From an uncultured Helicobacteraceae bacterium (lineage in GTDB: Bacteria; Campylobacterota; Campylobacteria; Campylobacterales; Sulfurimonadaceae), in NCBI GenBank assembly GCA_947311765.1, contig CAMZLS010000081.1:1-23762 (forward strand): 23,762 bases of DNA. The letters run 5' to 3'. Shown piece after piece: positions 1-8,092 of this stretch. Each line of letters begins with the position of its first letter. Within the stretch, counting starts at the first letter, position 1. The notes below the pieces were generated by a model. That model did not search any database. It was not told where the DNA came from and saw only the letters and a list, made by a program, of their open reading frames with translations. A program made the position numbers and the translations under genes.

Positions 1-563
1 CAGGGTATATGAAAGTCTATCTAATGAATACCTATCAAGCAGATATGTCAGCCTTTGGTCTGGATGTTTTAGATGAGGGCAATGTAAAGGTTATTGCTGG
101 ATACTTTGGAGCTTTATGTATCTTTGCAGGAGCGGTTCTTCGTCCTGTCGGTGGAAATACTGCTGATAAAATCGGTGGTATCAAGTCTCTTTACTTTTTC
201 TACGGCTCAGTTGCGCTTCTTGTAGCACTGACAGCATTGGTACAATTACCATTTTTTGTAGCTATCTTTGTACTCTTTTTAATTATGGCAAACCTCGGAA
301 TGGCAAACGGTGCAGTTTTTCAACTTGTCCCACAACGCTTTGGAAAAGATATAGGAATTATGACTGGTCTTGTTGGTTGTGCTGGTGGTCTTGGTGGAAC
401 GGCTCTTATTAAAACGCTTGGCTGGTCTAAAGGCGAGTTTGGTGGCTATATGGAAGGCTTCTTAATCTTTTCCGCAGTTGTTATGGTTGCTATTATCGGA
501 CTTAGTTTGGTAAAAACTCGCTGGAGAACAACATGGGGTACAACTGCAGGTGGACGCATCTAA
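1..563 (+). CDS. MFS transporter, C-terminal fragment; the 5' end lies upstream of the window
   Basis: The frame is open from base 1. The 184 translated residues are mostly hydrophobic helices and carry the MFS loop motif G-x-x-x-D-K-I-G-G (RPVGGNTADKIGG). Substrate is not assignable; some resemblance to nitrate/nitrite or oxalate-formate type porters. Confidence 0.6.
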   Translation, partial: GYMKVYLMNTYQADMSAFGLDVLDEGNVKVIAGYFGALCIFAGAVLRPVGGNTADKIGGIKSLYFFYGSVALLVALTALVQLPFFVAIFVLFLIMANLGMANGAVFQLVPQRFGKDIGIMTGLVGCAGGLGGTALIKTLGWSKGEFGGYMEGFLIFSAVVMVAIIGLSLVKTRWRTTWGTTAGGRI

Positions 564-572
564 AACTTCTGT

Positions 573-598
573 CTTACATGTAAAGATTTACATGTAAG
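573..598. repeat. Inverted pair of the palindrome TTACATGTAA (CTTACATGTAAAGATTTACATGTAAG), between the MFS stop and the PP2C-kinase start; candidate terminator or operator
   Basis: Seen directly. Two exact TTACATGTAA copies at 574-583 and 588-597 form a 12-bp-arm hairpin with a 2-nt loop. It lies 10 nt after the stop at 563 and 33 nt before the ATG at 631. Confidence 0.7.
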
Positions 599-630
599 GA
601 TTTTGTTGTAATAATATTCAAAGGTTCTTT

Positions 631-2268
631 ATGCTTAAAATTCATGCTACTCAATTTGTTCTGCCAAAAGCTTCTGGTGTCAAGGGTGATGATGCCTGTA
701 AATATGAAATTATTGATAACGAACTCCTTATCGCAGTTCTTTGTGATGGAGTTGGAAGTGCCGCACGTGGTGGAGCAGCAGCGCGTCAAAGTGTAAAATT
801 TTTTACAGATCAGTTCAAAATTCGTCCTAAAAATTGGAGCATAGAGCAGACACTTATTACCTTCACAAAGCATATTAACCGTCTTCTTTTTAAAGAATCT
901 ATGACCCAATATGAACAGATAGAACTTCTAACGACACTTTGTGTTGCAGTTGTAGAAGGTGACAAGCTCTATACGCTCAATCTCGGCGATTCTCATATCT
1001 ATCTACAAAACAATAATGAACTCACACTCTTAAGCGTTGATCATGTTATGGATAAAGAAAATATGAGCCATGTTCTTACACAAGCATGTGGCTTAAGCGA
1101 AAATATTGATCCTGAAGTCAAAGTTACGGGTATTAAAAAGGGTGATCGACTTATACTTTGTAGTGATGGTGTTTACAATATAACAGACGACTCTTATCTT
1201 AACGAACAGATTTCAAAAGGTCTCAGCGCAAAACTTATTATTAAGTCTATTACAAAAGATTATAAAGACAATGAGCGTGATGATGCTTCTATGCAGATTT
1301 TTACTATTGAAGAATTAAGTCAAATATGTACACTCAAAAACCTCAATCTTCCTATTCCTGAAGAACTGAAAAAAGGTGATATCATAGATGGCTATGAACT
1401 TGTAGAACCGATGATGCAACATCGCCGTATCTGGAAAGTTCGCAAAAAAGAGACTATTCTTGTGATGAAATTTCCAATGAGCGCTGATGACGAACAATCT
1501 TTAGAAGAGTTTGTACGAGAAGCTTGGTATGCAAAGCAGATTCACCACCGCTCTTTTGGAAACGCATGGATACCTGAGAAGCGAACGTCACGCTATTACC
1601 TTATGGAACTTGTAGAGGGAAATAATTTAGAAACTTTTTTAAATAGCAAGCATCTCTCTATTGATAATGCTATCGCTCTAGCTAAATTTTTACATAAAGC
1701 AGAGGCACATCTGCTTCACTTAGGGCTTGTGCATGGTGATATAAAACCTGAAAATATTATTGTTTATAGTGAGGCTGATACGGCTAAAACAGTTTTTAAG
1801 ATGGTTGATTTTGGCTCTATTGTAGAGATTTTTTCTACTGATACACGAGCAGGAACACCAACATATCTGGCGCCAGAGCGTTTTAATGAAGCTAATATTA
1901 ACGAATCCACAGAAATTTTCTCTATCGGTGTCACGCTCTATTGGGCACTGACGAGAAAGTATCCTTACGGTGAAATAGAGCCTTTTCAAACACCATCTTT
2001 TAAACAGCCAAGGCCTCCAAGCCACTACAATAAAAATATTCCAGATTGGTTTGATTCCATCATTCTGCGTGCCATCGCGATAAACCCAAAAGAGCGTTAC
2101 GCCCACTATAGTGAATTTTTCTATGAGTTAAAATCTCCCGAAAATGTAAAGCCATTTTTTCGCAAAAATGCCCCTCTTCTTGAGCGAGACCCTCTTCTTT
2201 TTTATAAAACAGCTTTTTTTACGCTTTTAGGAATTGATGTGATAATTCTTATGTTGTTGATTTCTTAG
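631..2268 (+). CDS. Bifunctional PP2C-type Ser/Thr phosphatase / Hanks-type Ser/Thr protein kinase fusion with a C-terminal transmembrane anchor
   Basis: N-terminal half has PP2C motifs (LCDGVGSAARGG, LGDSHIY, LILCSDGVYN). C-terminal half has kinase motifs (VMK lysine, hinge E in YYLMELVEG, catalytic loop HGDIKPEN, DFG, TPTYLAPE). Last about 20 aa are hydrophobic (FFTLLGIDVIILMLLIS). SD AAGG lies 6 nt upstream of the ATG. Confidence 0.75.
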   Translation: MLKIHATQFVLPKASGVKGDDACKYEIIDNELLIAVLCDGVGSAARGGAAARQSVKFFTDQFKIRPKNWSIEQTLITFTKHINRLLFKESMTQYEQIELLTTLCVAVVEGDKLYTLNLGDSHIYLQNNNELTLLSVDHVMDKENMSHVLTQACGLSENIDPEVKVTGIKKGDRLILCSDGVYNITDDSYLNEQISKGLSAKLIIKSITKDYKDNERDDASMQIFTIEELSQICTLKNLNLPIPEELKKGDIIDGYELVEPMMQHRRIWKVRKKETILVMKFPMSADDEQSLEEFVREAWYAKQIHHRSFGNAWIPEKRTSRYYLMELVEGNNLETFLNSKHLSIDNAIALAKFLHKAEAHLLHLGLVHGDIKPENIIVYSEADTAKTVFKMVDFGSIVEIFSTDTRAGTPTYLAPERFNEANINESTEIFSIGVTLYWALTRKYPYGEIEPFQTPSFKQPRPPSHYNKNIPDWFDSIILRAIAINPKERYAHYSEFFYELKSPENVKPFFRKNAPLLERDPLLFYKTAFFTLLGIDVIILMLLIS

Positions 2269-2720
2269 CCTAAAATTTTATGATTACTATCTATATTTGT
2301 TATTTTAAGGTGATAATTGATACCCTTTTTAAAAGAAGAGCCTATTAAAGAAATTATCAAAAATAAAAATCAAATACCTACTGAAATTGATTACGACACA
2401 CCATCTTTCACAAGATATAAAACTAAATTTCCGAAAGATTGGTTGTCACTAAAAGAAACTTAGGTTAGTTTTGGCATGGGACGAATTAAGACAAGAGGAC
2501 TTGCTTGATGATTGTTTTTTATTATTAAAATTTGACAATGAAGAAGAATTTTTTTTGATGTAAAACCATATGTTTACATTCAATATAAAAATCCAAATAG
2601 CCACAGAGACACTCTCTTGCCAAAACCTACCTCTAAATCTCTTTTTTTATTGCTATAACCACAATATTGTAGTATATAATTATGGTTGCATCAGTAATTT
2701 TTCATTTAAATCCAAATAAA

Positions 2721-2750
2721 CTTGACAGATGAATTTTAAGTATTATACTA
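2721..2750 (+). promoter_or_regulatory. Possible sigma70-like promoter for the desaturase gene (TTGACA ... TATAAT-like)
   Basis: TTGACA at 2721-2726 is followed by AT-rich -10-like hexamers (TATACT/TATAAT) about 17-21 nt downstream. The region is very AT-rich, so many alternatives exist. Confidence 0.25.
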
Positions 2751-2794
2751 TATAATTATCCAATTATTAACAAAGCATTATATAAAGGATAGCG

Positions 2795-3949
2795 ATGGCA
2801 CATACATATACACCGTATGAAGATATAGACAAGGGGAAACTTCAAGAAGATATTGAAGCTATAAAAAAGAATTTAGACCCTGTAAATTGGGAAGATTTTC
2901 AACATTTACTCAAACTTGAACGCTGGGGAAGAGGCGCTACTTTGAGTGGATTTTTTATCATTTTTGTTATTAGCTTTTTAGAAATAAATAGTTTTGTATT
3001 TTGGTCTTTTGCTCTTATTGCAGCTATACTTATTGGTGTTGGAAATGTGGCAAGATGGGCAAATGTTACACACCCTATCTTGCATGGTGCTTACGATAAG
3101 GTGCCAAATATCCCTCACAAATATACAAAAGCGGGTTATGCGCGTGGTTGGAGACGTTTTATCCACTGGTCTGATTGGATTAAGCCTGAGGCTTGGGAAT
3201 ATGAGCACAATATCATGCACCACTACCATTTAGGTGAATTAGATGACCCTGATAATGTGGAAGCAAACCTCCAATGGCTTGTAAAATCTAAAATCCCAAT
3301 GTGGCTACGCTACGCTATCGTTTATGCTTTTGCAACAACATGGAAATATACTTATTACGCCCCAAATACTTTACGAATTTTAGAAAATAAAGAGCGTCGC
3401 AAACGCAAAGAGCCAGAAATATATGATTATGAGATGAGCCCTTTTACAAAAAATGGTTTAGAATTGTGGAAAAATTACTATCTTCCTTATGGAATTATCC
3501 AGTTTGTTATTCTTCCCTTTCTCTTCTTTCCACTTGGAATGGAAGCGGTACTCAACGCTTTTATTATCTTAGTCATGGCAGAAGTTTTTGCCAATCTTCA
3601 CTCCTTTTTAGTGATTGTTCCTAACCACTCTGCTGGAGATATCTATATGTTTAATGAACCACATAAATCTCAAGGTGAATTTTACCTCCGTCAAATTATG
3701 GGAAGCGTAAACTACAACACAGGAACTGACCTTATCGACTTTGCGCATGGCTTTTTAAACTATCAAATAGAGCATCACCTCTTCCCAAATATGCCACACA
3801 GCTTTTATCAAAAAATGCAACCTATCGTAAAAAATATTTGTAAAGAGCACAATCTTGAATACCGCCAAGAGAGCGTTTGGAGACGAATATACTTATCTAT
3901 CGAACTGATGGTTGGAAACTCAAAAGCATTGCGAGTAAATGGTGTCTAG
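2795..3949 (+). CDS. Membrane fatty-acid desaturase family protein (di-iron, His-box)
   Basis: Three His boxes are present (HGAYDK region, HNIMHHYH, QIEHHLFP). Multiple TM segments. The QIEHH third box is typical of front-end or sphingolipid-type desaturases. SD AAAGGAT precedes the ATG. Confidence 0.85.
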   Translation: MAHTYTPYEDIDKGKLQEDIEAIKKNLDPVNWEDFQHLLKLERWGRGATLSGFFIIFVISFLEINSFVFWSFALIAAILIGVGNVARWANVTHPILHGAYDKVPNIPHKYTKAGYARGWRRFIHWSDWIKPEAWEYEHNIMHHYHLGELDDPDNVEANLQWLVKSKIPMWLRYAIVYAFATTWKYTYYAPNTLRILENKERRKRKEPEIYDYEMSPFTKNGLELWKNYYLPYGIIQFVILPFLFFPLGMEAVLNAFIILVMAEVFANLHSFLVIVPNHSAGDIYMFNEPHKSQGEFYLRQIMGSVNYNTGTDLIDFAHGFLNYQIEHHLFPNMPHSFYQKMQPIVKNICKEHNLEYRQESVWRRIYLSIELMVGNSKALRVNGV

Positions 3950-4805
3950 TCAATTAGAGATGTTTCATAGTTTTTGTACGCAAAATCAGCCTAAAACTAT
4001 GCAAGAGGCCTTTGAAAGCTTCGCTGTTTTTGGCGGTATGGGTGTCAAGATAGATACCTCTAAACCTCTTTTGTACTCTATCAAAAAACATATCTTAGAT
4101 GAGTATCATTTTATTCATGGTAATATCATTGAAAAAACGCGAGGTGATAGCGTCTATCACTCTGTTTTAACGGGTCTTGCTATTGGTGATGCTCAAGCAC
4201 ACACTGCTCTTAAGCGTGCCAAACTCTCTGCGGATGATGGCAAACATGTTATCAATCAACTCTGTCATTTTGGACTTTTAGAGCGTGAAGTTTCACGAAA
4301 AATTTCACACTCTTGGGTTGAAGAGAATACTGTTTCTGATAAACTCCATTTTGTTAGCCCTTTTATGCGTTTTTGGTTTGGATTTGTTTCGCCACTTTTT
4401 AAGGGAATAGCTGAGGGAGATTATGAGGAGTTTGAAAAACGCTTTGAAAATCGAAAACAAGAGTTTATGGAACAAGCCTTTATACTATTATCACAAGACT
4501 TTATAAGAGAAAACTTCACAGACGATCCCATTGTCGAGATGGGAAGCTATTGGGATAAAAATATAGAGATAGATATCTTTGCCAAAACTACATCTGGCAA
4601 AATTATCGTAGGTTCTTGCAAATATACAAACTCTAAAATCAAAAAAAATCTTCTTAATAAACTCAAAGAAGATGCCTTACATGTAAAGATGGATGCTGAT
4701 ATCTTTATTTTAATATCAAAACAAGGCTTTTCTAATGAAGTAAAATTACTAAAAAGCGAAAGTCTTAAACTTTTTACTTTAAGAAACTTTAGAACTTCTC
4801 TGTAA
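3939..4805 (+). CDS. DUF234-like (restriction-endonuclease-fold) domain protein; resembles the C-terminal two thirds of archaeal-ATPase/DUF234 proteins but lacks a P-loop
   Basis: C-terminal segment SYWDKNIEIDIFAKTTSGKIIVGSCKY matches the DUF234 core pattern (EIDIva...gEcK). No Walker A motif. Overlaps the desaturase stop by 11 nt. An alternative ATG exists at 3960. Confidence 0.4.
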   Translation: MVSSQLEMFHSFCTQNQPKTMQEAFESFAVFGGMGVKIDTSKPLLYSIKKHILDEYHFIHGNIIEKTRGDSVYHSVLTGLAIGDAQAHTALKRAKLSADDGKHVINQLCHFGLLEREVSRKISHSWVEENTVSDKLHFVSPFMRFWFGFVSPLFKGIAEGDYEEFEKRFENRKQEFMEQAFILLSQDFIRENFTDDPIVEMGSYWDKNIEIDIFAKTTSGKIIVGSCKYTNSKIKKNLLNKLKEDALHVKMDADIFILISKQGFSNEVKLLKSESLKLFTLRNFRTSL

Positions 4806-4995
4806 CTACACTAGCAAATCCCTATGAATTTAAATATTTCAAGAAATAACTTTCTTGGCACTTATCTCTTTATTTGCCACTCTTTTTGGCTACAATACTA
4901 CCTAAAAAGAGTGAGGTACTTTTCTATGCCAAAATGGATACGCATAAGCGTTGGGTTTTTACTGCTTTATAGCGCACTGCTTATTACTGCTTGCG

Positions 4996-5874
4996 ATGGG
5001 ATTCGTCATGCCCTCTAAAAAAGAGTTTACAAGCGCTTCTCGTTACACTCCTGATAAGCAGAAAAAAAAGTTTGTCACTGCTACGCCTGCTTTAAGTGGG
5101 GTTTTGCTTCTGCTTGTCGGGGTGAATTATCTCTCTTTAAGTGTTCAGGCTTTGGCAAAGGCTGAGAGTTTTTACTTTATAAGCACCTTAGCGATTTTTG
5201 CCACCTATGTGCTTGCTTTTGTTCTGCTAAGACGTGGCTTGGCGCTTGAGAAGATTTATAATGACTCGAAATATGCTAAAGCACCAAAATATCCCCTTAA
5301 AACCATAGCTGGCTCACTTCTTGCTCTCTCTACGGTCTATAGCGCTAGCTTTGGTGAATATTCTCTTTTTCCTGCTTTAATGCTTGGATTGAGTGTGCTT
5401 TTGGGTTGGTATCTTTATTATGGTTTTGATCCGCGTGAAGATAAGATTGATGGGTATGAGACCTCAAAATCTGCAGAACGGATTATGAAACTCTTAATTC
5501 AGGCAAGAGAAGATATTGACGCTATCAAAAAAAATGCAACAGAGTTAGAGGGCGGAGACATTCAAGATGCGATAAATACTACCGCCTTAGCCTTTGAAAA
5601 GATGGTTAAACATATCGAAGAGGAGCCTGATGATTATGATAGGGCTCGAAAATATCTTGTCAGCTATCTTGGTGAAGTCAGACAGATGTGTGAAACCTTT
5701 GTCAAACTAGACAAGCGAGGCAAGTCAGAGAGTATGAAAACATCTTTTTTAGAGACCTTACATGTAAGCATTGAAAATCTCGATACACAGTACGAGAAGC
5801 TTTTAGATGAGGATATGGTGAGCTTGGATATCAAGCTTTCGGTGATGAAAAAACGACTACAAAATGAGGAGTAG
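4996..5874 (+). CDS. Membrane protein with N-terminal TM helices and a C-terminal coiled-coil domain; XpaC-like (5-bromo-4-chloroindolyl phosphate hydrolysis protein family), tentative
   Basis: The ORF is open from a TTG at 4951. The first ATG is 4996 and the next is 5008 (MPSKKEF). About 4 hydrophobic helices are followed by a charged helical C-terminus. It sits immediately 5' of a TelA-like gene, as in Bacillus xpaC-yaaN. The family call is from memory of that architecture. Confidence 0.4.
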   Translation: MGFVMPSKKEFTSASRYTPDKQKKKFVTATPALSGVLLLLVGVNYLSLSVQALAKAESFYFISTLAIFATYVLAFVLLRRGLALEKIYNDSKYAKAPKYPLKTIAGSLLALSTVYSASFGEYSLFPALMLGLSVLLGWYLYYGFDPREDKIDGYETSKSAERIMKLLIQAREDIDAIKKNATELEGGDIQDAINTTALAFEKMVKHIEEEPDDYDRARKYLVSYLGEVRQMCETFVKLDKRGKSESMKTSFLETLHVSIENLDTQYEKLLDEDMVSLDIKLSVMKKRLQNEE

Positions 5875-6979
5875 CATAGTGGAAATGAAACAAGAGTTAG
5901 AGAAAATAGAAGTTCAAGACGAGCACTCAGTAGGTGCTTTGGTAGAGAAGATAGATTTAAGTTCAAGCGCGTCTATTATCCATTTTGGAGCAGATGCCCA
6001 AGAGGAGTTGACGACAGTTTCATCGGCTATGCTTGAGGGCGTTAAGGGCAAAGATTTAGGAGAGGCTAGTGGACCGCTATTAAATATGATAGCGACTATC
6101 AAAGGTTTTGATGTTGCCGCGCTTGATCCAAATAAGAAGCTCAGTTTTTTTGACAAACTCTTAGGTCGCGCTAAGCCTCTTGTCATGTTTTTGGAAAAAT
6201 ATGAAGATACAAAAGAGCAGATAGAGGCGATAACAGATGAACTAGAGAAGCAAAAAGGGACACTCTTAAATGATATAGAATCTCTTGATCGCCTCTATGA
6301 TGCAAATCTCAACTATATTCATGAGCTAGAAAATTATATCGTCGCTGGTGGCAAGAAGATAGAGCATCTTGATAGCACAGAGATACCACTTTTAGAGACA
6401 AAAGCCACAGAGAGTGACAATATGCTTGAAGCCCAAGAGCTCAAAGACTTACGCGCTTCTCGTGATGATTTTGAGAGACGGGTACATGACTTGATGCTGA
6501 CTCGCCAAGTGGCACTGCAGGCACTTCCATCTATCCGCCTTGTTCAAGATAATGACAAAACCTTGATAAACAAGATAAACTCAACACTTGTAAATACCGT
6601 GCCACTATGGAAAAATCAACTCGCACAGACGATTACGATTTACAGAAATCAAAAAGCAGGTGGTGTGCTTAAAGAGGCGATGGACTTAACCAACGAGCTT
6701 TTAGAAGCCAATGCGAAAAACCTCAAAGAGGCAAATCGTCAGACGCGAGAACTTGCAGAGCGTGGTGTTTTTGATATAGAGAGTATTAAGCTTGCCAATA
6801 AGCTTCTTATTGAGACCATAGAAGATGGTATTATGATAGCTGATGAGGGCAAAAAAGCTCGTGCGAAAGCTGAAGCAGAACTAGTAGGTTTAGAACAAGA
6901 GCTCAAAGATGCTCTTGTAGCGACTCAGGTGCACAAAGAGCGTTTAGACAAATCAAAAGAGATAGCTAAGGAGGCGTAG
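5864..6979 (+). CDS. TelA-like toxic-anion-resistance family protein
   Basis: A 371-aa all-helical protein with a conserved N-terminal region (IIHFGADAQEEL ... ) and long coiled-coil stretches typical of the TelA/KlaA/YaaN family. It overlaps the upstream gene by 11 nt. Alternative starts lie at GTG 5879 or ATG 5885, after GAGGAG. Confidence 0.6.
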   Translation: MRSSIVEMKQELEKIEVQDEHSVGALVEKIDLSSSASIIHFGADAQEELTTVSSAMLEGVKGKDLGEASGPLLNMIATIKGFDVAALDPNKKLSFFDKLLGRAKPLVMFLEKYEDTKEQIEAITDELEKQKGTLLNDIESLDRLYDANLNYIHELENYIVAGGKKIEHLDSTEIPLLETKATESDNMLEAQELKDLRASRDDFERRVHDLMLTRQVALQALPSIRLVQDNDKTLINKINSTLVNTVPLWKNQLAQTITIYRNQKAGGVLKEAMDLTNELLEANAKNLKEANRQTRELAERGVFDIESIKLANKLLIETIEDGIMIADEGKKARAKAEAELVGLEQELKDALVATQVHKERLDKSKEIAKEA

Positions 6980-6980
6980 C

Positions 6981-8090
6981 ATGGGATTTTTTGATAAAAT
7001 AATGGGTGAGTTTATTGATGTTATTGAGTGGACTGATGGCTCCAATGATACGATGGTGTACCGTTTTGAGCGTTATGGCAATGAGATAAAGCATGGAGCA
7101 AAGCTGACTGTACGTGAGTCACAAGTGGCAGTTTTTGTCAACGAAGGGGAGATAGCAGATATCTTCGAGCCAGGCATCTATGAGCTAGAGACGCAAAATA
7201 TGCCGATAATGACAACACTTAATCACTGGGATCACGCTTTTAACAGCCCTTTTAAAGCGGAGGTCTATTTCTTTAATCTTCGCCGTTTTGTGGATCTTAA
7301 ATGGGGCACAAAAAACCCTCTTATGCTTCGAGATAAAGAGTTTGGACCTGTACGTATCCGCGCCTTTGGTACTTATGGTATCAAGATAGAAGAGCCTGAA
7401 ACTTTCTTAAAAGAGATAGTGGGAACTGATGGGTATTTTACTGTTGATGAGGTGAGCGACCAACTGCGAAATCTTATCGTTTCACGCTTTGCCACTATCG
7501 TAGGACAGGCAAATATCCCTATCTTGGACTTGGCTGCTAACTATGAGCAGATGAGTGAGTTTGTAGAGGAGAAAATCTCTCCAGAATTTAGTGCATATGG
7601 GCTGGAACTCACTAAACTTCTGATAGAAAATATCTCCCTCCCACCAAAAGTCGAAGAGGCACTCGATAAACGCACAGGCATGGGACTAACGGGCAACCTT
7701 GATGATTATCTCAAGTATCAAGCAGCCGAGGCTTTGAGCAGTTCAGGCTCAGGCAGCGGCGCAGCAGGTGATGCTATGGGTATGGGTATGGGTTTTGCAA
7801 TGGCACAGCAGATGGCAAACTCTTTAGGCGCGAACAACGCTTCACAGCCTCAATCGCACGCTACGCCGCCGCCACCACCAATTCCCAAAGCACAAACCTA
7901 CCACTTCGCTATAAACGGAGCATCCAAAGGCCCGATGACGATAGAGCAGATAAAAACAGCGATTCGTAGTGGGGAGATAGAAAAAGAGACTCTTGCGTGG
8001 CGCGAGGGGATGAGTGGCTGGGAGAAAGCGCAAGATGTAGATAATCTTAGCACTCTTTTCGGCTCTATGCCACCACCGATACCGAGCTAG
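6981..8090 (+). CDS. SPFH (band-7)-like domain protein with a C-terminal GYF-like DUF4339 domain; YdjI-like / COG4260 'virion core protein-like'
   Basis: N-terminus MGFFDKIMGEFIDVIEW...RESQVAVFVNEGEI...PGIYELET matches the YdjI-type SPFH family. It has a Gly/Ser/Met-rich linker and a PPPPP stretch. The C-terminal YHFAINGASKGPMTIEQIKTAIRSGEIEKETLAWREGMSGWEKAQDV is a DUF4339-type module. Start is 2 nt after the upstream stop. Confidence 0.65.
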   Translation: MGFFDKIMGEFIDVIEWTDGSNDTMVYRFERYGNEIKHGAKLTVRESQVAVFVNEGEIADIFEPGIYELETQNMPIMTTLNHWDHAFNSPFKAEVYFFNLRRFVDLKWGTKNPLMLRDKEFGPVRIRAFGTYGIKIEEPETFLKEIVGTDGYFTVDEVSDQLRNLIVSRFATIVGQANIPILDLAANYEQMSEFVEEKISPEFSAYGLELTKLLIENISLPPKVEEALDKRTGMGLTGNLDDYLKYQAAEALSSSGSGSGAAGDAMGMGMGFAMAQQMANSLGANNASQPQSHATPPPPPIPKAQTYHFAINGASKGPMTIEQIKTAIRSGEIEKETLAWREGMSGWEKAQDVDNLSTLFGSMPPPIPS

Positions 8091-8092
8091 TT

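Noticed and set aside
574-909. Minus-strand ORFs embedded in plus-strand genes: 574..909, 1315..1497, 1720..2106, 2978..3229, 5664..5966, 5914..6186, 7842..8033, 10924..11127, 11345..11590, 12680..13108, 13527..13709, 14822..15004, 16371..16646, 20157..20408, 20692..20880, 21094..21303, 21855..22073, 22547..22828
   Set aside because: All lie antisense within well-supported genes. They are short, low-complexity or Cys/Phe-rich, and have no RBS or domain signal. They are typical shadow ORFs of an AT-rich sequence.
2320-2463. Protein-like reading frame in the long intergenic region
   Set aside because: No start codon, and only about 48 codons between stops. Treated as a possible remnant, not an annotated gene.
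2994-3233. Same-strand overlapping ORFs: 2994..3233, 10053..10244, 16635..16826, 20262..20546
   Set aside because: They are alternative frames of confirmed genes. 20262..20546 is the Lys-rich translation of the A-rich repeat in the BatB/C tail. No independent support.
4893-4898. TACAAT -10-like hexamer upstream of the XpaC/TelA cluster
   Set aside because: The AT-rich context gives many such hexamers. No convincing -35 at 17-bp spacing.
4824-5018. 64-aa ORF MNLNISRNNF...
   Set aside because: The N-terminal half has no start context and is low-complexity. Only the downstream ATG 4926 lipoprotein-like part is noted separately, as a low-interest finding.
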